Origin: Lingula anatina
Taxonomy: Eukaryota; Animalia; Brachiopoda
DNA length: 64,000 bases
NCBI GenBank assembly: GCA_051362555.1
Contig: CM120648.1
Location: forward strand, 15,496,587 to 15,560,586
Direction: 5' to 3'
This document shows, piece after piece, positions 55,091 through 64,000 of the stretch. How positions within the stretch are numbered: position 1 is the stretch's first letter; each line of letters begins with the position of its first letter. The translations under genes were made by a program, and so were the position numbers. The notes beneath the pieces are model-generated. The model made no database searches. It saw nothing but the letters and a program-made list of their open reading frames with translations, and was not told the DNA's origin.

Positions 55091-56776
55091 ATAATTATAA
55101 TAATAAAACCTCACTCCACATTTACATCAGCCTTGCGTGCAGAATAAAGATGAAGACTTTAAGTCCTTAAACATACCATTTAAAATAAAACACACAGTGG
55201 AAAGTTTAGATTATATATTATCTTGATTTAATATTTATCCCAAATTCATCTATAGAACGGTATTACTTGAAGACAAAAAACGTACCACCCAGGTTCAAAA
55301 TAAAATTAAGACATTTGAAAATTAAACGGTATCTCACTGTGCACTTGCTGCATCTCTTTACATTCTTAGAGTTATCTGTGTCGCACGTATGTGACAAGTG
55401 TCCCTTTGGACGCGGCTAACGGTCAGAAATTCAACCTAATGAAATACGAAATACATTTAATCATCTTTGACTCACAAACGCTCAGCGTGTTTATTAGAAG
55501 GCTGTCAATTGGGCTGTCGTTTAGCCTGTAGGGCAGTCAGTATGTGGTACCCAAGGCACGGTTGCGCTGACACTTTGTCAAACGGCAACTAATGGTTTTC
55601 ACGGAATCGCAGCAGAATATTTTGACTGCGTGCTGAGAGCCTTTGATAATTCAAAAACTGACGACGTTGGAGACTTATATGTCATTTTATCATTGAGTTT
55701 ACAACGATGTCCCTCTGGTAGTAGTATTTGAGATCAACTACGCTGGTGGCTTTTCAAAACTCATCGCTTATCATTTTTGGATTTTTGGAATTCTTATTTG
55801 CCAGCAGTTCCTACTAACTTCACAAAGCATGCTATTTATTATAATCCATTTTAACTTGGGCACAAGGGAAATCGGACAAATAGCTAGAAGGGGGTAAGGA
55901 AAACATAATGATAAACGGGGACAATTTTTGTATGTGGTCTTGGGGAAATACTAGTACTGTACGTTTCCAAAATATAATACTAAGAATTTATTTCTGCAGG
56001 GTGCATATGGTCGAGCGTTAACATAACAGGGTCTTTTCAAACTTTGAAGAGAAATGACCTCGGATCAATGCGCTGTCTGCTACTGTTAGTTTTCTGCTCC
56101 ACCAGGTTGCGAAATCGGTCAGTTTAACTCATGCAGGTTATATACCAAATTCTGCCGAACATTTCACCAGGCATGTCAGCTCGGTTTTCTAGAATGCGTC
56201 TGATGGTAACGCGCAGCACCTCGTTATACAATCTTGCTTGTTTGAAGGGAAAAGGGGAAGGGTGCATCTCAGCAGCTAAGGGGGGGGGGGGGGGGGGGGG
56301 GATGGGCAACCCCTCTAAGTCTACCTTGTAAATTTCCATTTTTCATAAAGCACTATCAATCTTGAGTTTACTGGTAAAAAGATCAATGACTGTCAAGTTT
56401 CTTTTATTCGCTTGAAGAATCGACCGACTGACCTTAAATGACCATAGTAACGGTTCCTATTGACGGCTCCGAGATGGAACCCATTCCTTGCTATCCAGAT
56501 ACGACCATTCACATGGGGGCAATTTTGGGGAAAATTCTATTGAAATTGTAAACGAATCGACTGCCCTTTCTAAGTCTGTGTGGAAAAAGTGACCTTCTAG
56601 GTTATTTTTCTTCATTTGCAATCAATTTTCTTTTAGCCAATATGTGGATAAACTTCATTTGTTTTTTTTTCATATGAAGTTGAAAGACGATATCAAACTT
56701 CGGTGAGTATTGATGGAAAATGAACAAGGGGCATGATGAGCTGCATCTGGTCATTTGACCTCATTAAAGAACCTTA

Positions 56777-56949
56777 GAGCGCATTCAGAACGGCAGACTA
56801 ACAGATCTTCGGATCAAATATGGCTGACCCACTAGAATGCTTGTTGCATAATCCCCCCACGGAATCTATTCAGTGTTTAATCGAGAATCGAGTGGCAAGC
56901 TCTTTAGTGGGTCGCCATATTTGATCCACGGATCTGTTAGTCCATGCTC
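56777..56949. mobile_element. Foldback MITE family A copy (PIF/Harbinger-like), TTA target-site duplication
   Basis: tta|GAGCGCATTCAGAAC...GACTAACAGATC...GGATCAAATATGG-CTGACCCACTA pairs with TAGTGGGTCGCCATATTTGATCCACGGATCTGTTAGTC...GCTC|tta. TTA flanks both ends. Confidence 0.8.
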
Positions 56950-57164
56950 TTAGTCTGGATTAATACAGTGACGACGAACAATATGTCAAGAAGTTAAAAC
57001 CTTTCCAAGCTGATTAGTTTATCTCAGATTTTGTTACTGCAATTATTTGATAATCATTACCCTAACCAACACCCTATTCGACCATAAATATCGTTTTTGA
57101 ATAAATGATCAAACTAAAAACCCTCCTTCTACGGATTAATTTAACTGATGTATTGGTATGCCTT

Positions 57165-57167
<3 letters not shown>

Positions 57168-57219
<52 letters not shown>

Positions 57220-57240
57220 CGTTTGTGTATGTGTGTGCGC
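57168..57240. repeat. (GT)n microsatellite
   Basis: Direct observation. Confidence 0.95.
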
Positions 57241-57805
57241 GTTTAATTTTTATTAACTTAATGACTTTACCGGTGCATTTGTTAACTTCACCAACAAGTC
57301 TTACTTTTCTAGTGGGAATAATTACACCGATCGATTGATGGCAGCCTCACTTGGCCTTATAAAGTCGAACGCGTGCAACTCAAATGAGAAATTTGCTGAT
57401 TTTTCTTTGCTTTTTGACTCACAAACAAGCATAAATGGCTTTAGTTCATTCGACTAAATGACTTTATCACGGCATCAAAATTACAGTTCTAACGATTTTT
57501 CGACATTCTATTATATTACATCAACAAGGCGAGCTCATATTTGACAAATTACCATTAAAGCAGCCCACTTAGGACCATTAAGCTGCAATTAGTTTTATTA
57601 ATTACTGCTAACAGCCACCCATTTGTCGCAGTGGTAGTTCTGATGGACTCTTATTATACTCAGTGAACTTGACACGGCATAGCGTAATTGCTCTTGGAAC
57701 TTTGAGATACATACCAAGTTAGAATGCATATGTGTACATTGACTGTAACGCATACAAATCACTACTGCTAGCTTTTACATAACTAAGATAAACGCATAAC
57801 TAAGA

Positions 57806-57836
<31 letters not shown>

Positions 57837-57859
57837 ATCATTCGGTCCACCTAAATTAA

Positions 57860-57917
57860 CCCTTACGAAAAAGTCCTATAGGATCCTATAAGATCCTATA
57901 GGACTTTTTCGTGAGGG
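57860..57917. mobile_element. 58-bp near-perfect palindrome, probably a minimal DNA-transposon derivative
   Basis: aa|CCCTTACGAAAAAGTCCTATAGGATC-ctataa-GATCCTATAGGACTTTTTCGTGAGGG|aa, a 26-bp stem with one mismatch. Confidence 0.65.
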
Positions 57918-58986
57918 AACGCACGGTTTAATGTCAGCCGAGCATTCACAATTTCTTCTTGCACGTTTATTTATTTTTTTTTTTGCATACCCACACCTTC
58001 TCTTTCTCTCTCTTTTCATCCCTCGCTCGCTCCCTCCATCCACCAAACCCAATCAAAGCACTTTATTAGCGCAACACTAATCTCCAAACGTAATGAGCTT
58101 TGACATACACATCATCTGTCCCAGTAGACAATTAAAGTAACTGACCCTAATGGCATTTTAAACAAAGTTCTGGCTGTCTCTCTCTCCCATTCACACTTAA
58201 CATCTGTATACTTAATTACAAAAAGGTCAGGTCTATTAATCTTTATCTGTGTTCTAGCGTTTTCTTAGTTCGATGGATACTTTAATGGATCATTTCAGTC
58301 GTGTCACGGCGCCAAACGGTCTGATCACAGTAATTTGATGACAATGTCAATTATTGTTATGACGGTGGATCAAAGAAGAAAATTAAGTGAAAGCGAAAGT
58401 TCGGTGCCTTGGGGATTGACACTGACAGTAGTTAAATATAACATTTTTACGAACCATTACATGCGCAACAATATATAGCAATACTTTTATTGTAGGGTAA
58501 GACACACTGGGGTTATTTGTTGTTGGTTTTGGAATTAATATGCTCTCAAAGAAATATTCCGTGTTCTTTGGTTATTGAAAAAAAAGACATTTTACAATAA
58601 AAATAGCTGCGCAACAGGCCTGGCAATTTAGATATTGTTATGCATAAAAAGGGGACGATTGCTCTTTCTTTTCTTTTCAGAGATCAAAGGAATTAATGAA
58701 AAGTCAATTTCCGGCCACTGACCTCGTGATGAGTACCGGAAATGGATGCATGTGACATGTAGATGTTCAGCAAAAGGCATGGAAAGAAATATGTCAATAA
58801 AATGCCTCTGTATTTTTGCAAAGAATAACATTTGTGGCAAGTGAGGGTTGTTAGACCTTTATATAACAAACGATTATGTTTTCCTGGACTTCACAGCAAA
58901 ATTCCAGAAATCAGCAAGTGTTGCCGGTGATCAATAACCGCCCAGATTGGTTTGATGTAGTGCAGAAGATTAGGTGTGGTGTGGAA

Positions 58987-58991
58987 GAGGG

Positions 58992-59023
<32 letters not shown>

Positions 59024-59235
59024 GGGGGGAGGGACCGATTTGGACATCCACTCTACATACAATTCCATGACTGTATCTGACCCCGTGAGGGCGGGGGGGG
59101 GGGGGGGAGGGGGGGGGGAGGGACCAAGAAATCCACCCCACATACAATTCCATACCTGTATCTGACCCCGTGAGGGTGGGGGGGGACCAAGATTTGCAAA
59201 TCCACCCCAAATACAATTCCATGCCTGTGACTCTC
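58987..59235. repeat. Minisatellite, 3 units each preceded by a poly-G tract
   Basis: G-run + ggacc...atccac..atacaattccat..ctgtatctgaccccgtgaggg three times; the last unit is truncated. Confidence 0.85.
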
Positions 59236-59504
59236 ATCTGCCAGCTGATGTTATGTGGACGGCTGAAAGTTGGTGGTACTGTAGTAAAGGTTATACCCAC
59301 TTTACCCTGGCTATCAGGATAGCATTAAGGAAATTAATAACAGTAAAGGGGAAAACTATAAGTGAGAAAAATTATGTACATCTAAATCACATTAAGCGAT
59401 CTGTGCTATTCACAGATACTTATGCCTATAATCTCACCATTATTCAGACTTAAGTAACGGCTGCTGAGGGATGTCAGCTCACCGGCTGATGTAGAGTTTT
59501 GCTA

Positions 59505-59721
59505 AACCCCCCTTTACACTAGACGGTGTCCTTTCTGCGTCCTTTCTGCGACCATGAAACTGGCATCGCTGTGGTGGTAGTAAGGAGGAACGACCATCGC
59601 TTTGGTTGTAGAATGAATATTCAATGATCGGCCAGCTGTCGGCACGTTAAATTTTTTTTACCCTCAAATGGGGTCATATCACGGGCCTCAGAAAGGACGC
59701 CGTCCGGTGTAAATGGAGGCT
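59505..59721. mobile_element. MITE with ~35-bp imperfect TIRs (Harbinger-like)
   Basis: Left ccctttacactagacggtgtcctttctg versus right cagaaaggacgccgtccggtgtaaatggagg. Internal repeat catcgct(g/t)tggt(g/t)gtag. Confidence 0.7.
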
Positions 59722-60413
59722 TTAAGGGTTGGGAAATGGATACATTTTTAAAACAAGGCAAATAGAGGGAGAATAAAGGTCGAAATGGGGAGTCACGTCT
59801 GTCCCATGCTATTGACACTTTCTCACAATTTGCTAATGTAAAGGCAGCTGTACTTCATCTGTCCATTGTTTTTATTTATTTATCGTTTTACATTCATTTA
59901 TATAATTATCGCGTAAATATTTATTTCGCAAAAATCATAATAAAATAAAATTAAATTAAAAAAGCACTTTACAATGTCTATGGTCTAACGTGTATTCTAA
60001 TAACCACGTCACTAATTATTATCATCCAATGTAAGTATTTTACACACGGATTGTTATACTGAGAGATGTAACACGCCGCAACGGGCGCAAATAATGTCAA
60101 ACGTAATTATAGTTTATTGGTAGATCAAATGAGATAAAGACAATTTTACAATAAAACGGGAATACGTATGCGGTATCTCAGCAACCATTCTCATAACTCA
60201 AGCAGTCATGTAATAAACGCTTGGACATAATGACGTCTTTAGAGTGATTCAAACAGATTTAATCCCAACCAAGCGGACAATAATGGCATTTCTAAAATCT
60301 TATTAAATGTTGCCAATCGACAGGGAATTGTGAACAAACGTCGAAAAGGTGCATAATCGGCTAAATTGGACAACGCCTAGTTGTTTTGAATATAGGGATG
60401 ATTGTACAAACAT

Positions 60414-60462
60414 AGATATATTTGTTATCGCCATTGTGCAAAGATATATTTGTTATCGCCAT
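60414..60462. repeat. Short tandem duplication
   Basis: agatatatttgttatcgccat occurs twice, 28 bp apart. Confidence 0.8.
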
Positions 60463-62150
60463 GAATCGTCTCTGTATGTACATGTATGTACGTGTTAATT
60501 TAATATATACGCCTATATAATCCTTTGTCAACTAACGTTTCCAGGTAAGCAGTTGATGGTTCGGTCATTGTGAGGGGTCAACGATGCTGTGAAAATTATC
60601 ACCTCACTATTGAAATAACTTTTGCAGCTCGAGGCGTCTACCGATTGAAAAGGCCGCAGACGCTGCGTGCAACCACTGTTTCGTTTCTTTTATTTTTTTT
60701 TTCAAAAATGCGAAAGGTCGAGTTGGGATGCACTTCTTCTAGACCTATTTCTGCTTATGCAATCAGTTTTAGTTCCAAGTTCTGGTAATTACTTCCCTTC
60801 GTCTGGTACACGTTTTCCGTAAACCTTCAAATTGCTTTTGAAATGGGAAAGGGGACTTAGTAAGCGAGAATACCTTTCCACAGTGCTCTTAACCTAGACA
60901 TATTATCAAAGAATGTTGTGGTCAAAATATTGATAGAATTTTCTCCAATTCAGCGGCTTAATCCTATCTTTGCAGTACACTCCTTAGGGACCACGCGTTT
61001 AATAAAAAAAGCCGAAAAAAAGTATAAATATATTTCAACTTTGGGATTAATCAATAGACACCTTGCTATCTATCTTGGTTAATACGCTGCTCCGGAGAGC
61101 AATTCGCTTTATACTCTTAGCTGGCATTTGGGGGATAGCATAGATAAGATGCCCTGACAACAGCATCTTCCTCACATTACACTGTAAATTATTGGTTTGG
61201 GAAACATGTTATACTTGTTTCAGGTTGTTTGTTGTGACGCTTGTCATGGTATTGTTATGTAAAACGATGATGATGATAGTGCTATTGTACATGACCTAGC
61301 TGTTTTACTTCATCAATTCATTTATGTATTCTGGCAGCTATTAAGTAGACTTAATTAAATAGCCATTCTGAACACTTACAACTGTCAATGTGTCAATTAT
61401 GTCCATGATCTTCACTTGTCGATCTCTGCACGTTTTGTTTTAAACGAGAGAGATTTATTATTTATTGCAAATAAAATCACATAGGTTGATTGTTACTTGT
61501 GAGCGCTGCATGAACACTTCGAAATCCAGCATTACCGCCAATTTGCTAGGTATATTATGAAGAGCGATTATACAACAGGGAACCATACACACTCAATAAT
61601 TCAGATTCTAGGGGAATATTTTATGACTACGTCTATAATTCGTTCACTTATTGGCTTGTTCACCAGTACTAGTACATATAGCGCAACGGCTTCTTTAAAC
61701 AATCAATGGTTTCATAACAAAGGGAACTTGGTATACCGTGAAGAAGTTGCTTTGAAAACTCTTGCTTCACCACTTTTGGCAGTCATTCACAAACACATTT
61801 TTCTCCACTACACTCTTGGAGCTCCGCAGAAAAAAAAAGAAAGAAAAATAAAGATACACAAAATAAATTAATTTCACATTTCCTGGAAGTCAAGGATATT
61901 ACCCACCGCCAAAGTACCTACTTGGCAACCAATATCCATATACACAGAGTGGTTCAGACAAGCCTAAGGAGAATTTATCACATCGCGTGTAGGATGGCTG
62001 CTGCGAAGGTTACGCTTCTCGGTTTAACATCTATGAATGAAAAAGTAATCTCAGGGAAACGCCATGAGGGTTTGCTTCACCTGGTAGCAAAGGTCGTGAC
62101 ATTACGCCAGATATACGAACTTTACTCTGCCCACGCGGTGTAAATGTAGA

Positions 62151-62209
62151 ACACACACACACGTAGCACGCACACACACATATACACACGTAGCACACAT
62201 ACAAACAAA

Positions 62210-62248
<39 letters not shown>
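62151..62248. repeat. (CA)n compound microsatellite
   Basis: Direct observation. Confidence 0.93.
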
Positions 62249-62250
<2 letters not shown>

Positions 62251-64000
62251 ATTCTTTGCATGCACGTAGGAAGCAAAATTTAAGTAAATTGCATATGAGT
62301 TTACCACTCAAAACAAAACCTTGACAGTAGCTTTCTCCAAAAAAAGTTAAGAAAATGAAAACAAAAGAAACAAAAACAAAAACAAACAACTGCAGTCGAA
62401 AAGATAATGCAGATATCGAACGAGTATTATGTCCCTTGGCCCTACACATTATGTCAAAATTACAAAATTTTCTCCTATACCTAGTTAATGCCAAGCAGAG
62501 CGAAAATGTTTTCTTCTCATGATCTTGTCCCAGCACATTCCTGCAACCAGGTACGAACACAAACATTGTAGGAAGAATTATCAGTAACCAACTTGGATAC
62601 AAGTCAGACAGGGTGCCTTTGTGAACAAATTTTATCAGCTTTCTCTTACGTCTTGTACCATTACAAACATTGATTTTGCAATAATACGTGTGGTGTTTGT
62701 AAACTGTGTTCATTTTTGTTCATAATACTGTATTCATGATTAAAAAAAAAAAGATAAAGTAAAGAAAAAACTGTCGGATCAGATCTGAGTGTAGAAATAT
62801 GCAGGAGGTAATTTAAGTAGCCCACCCACACATTACTCTATTGGGCATGGTCAAAGGATCACAAAACTAAAAGCATATTCTTCTTTCTAATTTGAGTGTA
62901 CAGACAAGCATGAGCTAAACGCCGAGTACACAACCCACGATTTTATGAGAATGAATACAAACCAATAAATACCGCCCAGTTAAATGACACGGTCCACCAG
63001 GCGAAACATCGGTTTTGGCTTACACCGGCTGGCACAGGCAGGCGTGTGCGTCGCCCCGTAGTTCTCCTATCTGGTACACCAACGTGCTACAGTGTATAGG
63101 AAATTACCTCCCTCTACGAGGAATATCATGATCCCAATGATGTTTTTTTTAATCCACTCTTTGTAGGTGGATAAAGCGTTTTTCTCATATTTTTATTATA
63201 TTTTCCAGATATATCAGATATGCACTTATTCAGAAGGGAAAGAAACGATTGGAAGTTTTACTGATTCTGGATCTCCTTTTTAGATAATTTTATTGTCATT
63301 TTTCTTGAGGGAGGAACGTTTTTGCTGTTGGGATGATAACTCTCTTATTACCATGGTTGGCTGAATGCCGAAGCTTAACTCTTACTCAGACGTTTAAGTC
63401 TTCCTTAATTCACCATGCGTGGCAGTATGTCTGCAATTTATTAGTTCAATTAATTTAGTACTTACCATTAGTCTAAAATGTTGAACGCCCTTTTTGTTCT
63501 AAATACATAAACTTTTTAATTTATTTGAATTACTGCAGATTTATATTCCTTCAAACTATAAAACATGCTGGCAATAAAATGTCTGTGCATGATACTTTAG
63601 TGAAACAGGTCACAAGAAGAACATAAATATTGTTTTTTACAGTATACTTCCGGATGGGAACGAACAGCACGAACAGCTCCGTTTAATTCACCACGTAACT
63701 TTCGAATACCATCCTAATGAGTTACATGGGCAATTATTTTCACGGTTTGCTCACGGTGTGTGTTCAGGTATGCACCCAGTCACGCACAGTATATAAACTC
63801 AATGGAAGAGGCACGTACATGTTGTAAATAGGTCGTGGTTAATTGTAAAAGGAATGCTGAAAGGATTTAGTCAGGAGTAAAGTGCACCACTAAGAAAAAT
63901 AAAATCATATTTTATATAGTTGGGGACGTGGTTTGTTTCGTGGAGTGTTTCTGGCGCATCTAATGTGAAATACCCACCAGAGGGTCTAGATCCCATGCCA

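Noticed and set aside
58987-59235. CRISPR-like repeat/spacer reading of the 3-unit array
   Set aside because: The context is eukaryotic, the 'spacers' are poly-G, the repeats are degenerate and no cas genes are present.
62102-62713. 203-aa minus-strand ORF, also considered as a LINE 3' remnant
   Set aside because: It is extended by (GT)n and T-rich low complexity, with no convincing domain or zinc-knuckle motif in one frame.
1-64000. A novel multi-gene biological system, tRNA/rRNA genes or autonomous transposons
   Set aside because: None was recognisable. Only one credible CDS exists, and the other short ORFs look like chance ORFs in non-coding DNA.

Overview
Repeat-rich, AT-rich animal genomic DNA, most likely a lophotrochozoan such as a mollusc (inferred from the receptor family style and the repeat landscape). 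Only one convincing protein-coding region is present: a class A (rhodopsin-like) GPCR of 451 aa with an uninterrupted CDS on the minus strand (20240..21595). It is preceded by a clear splice acceptor about 240 nt upstream, so its first exon(s) and promoter lie further right in the window or beyond it. The rest is non-coding: many microsatellites, short tandem duplications and numerous short non-autonomous DNA-transposon (MITE-like) elements. Two MITE families occur in multiple copies here, and there is one probable Helentron/HINE-like fragment. I found no support for a novel multi-gene system. The most interesting observations are the atypical GPCR motifs, a strong-context uORF in its leader, and a long-armed foldback MITE family. 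All alignments were done by eye, and no database searches were run.
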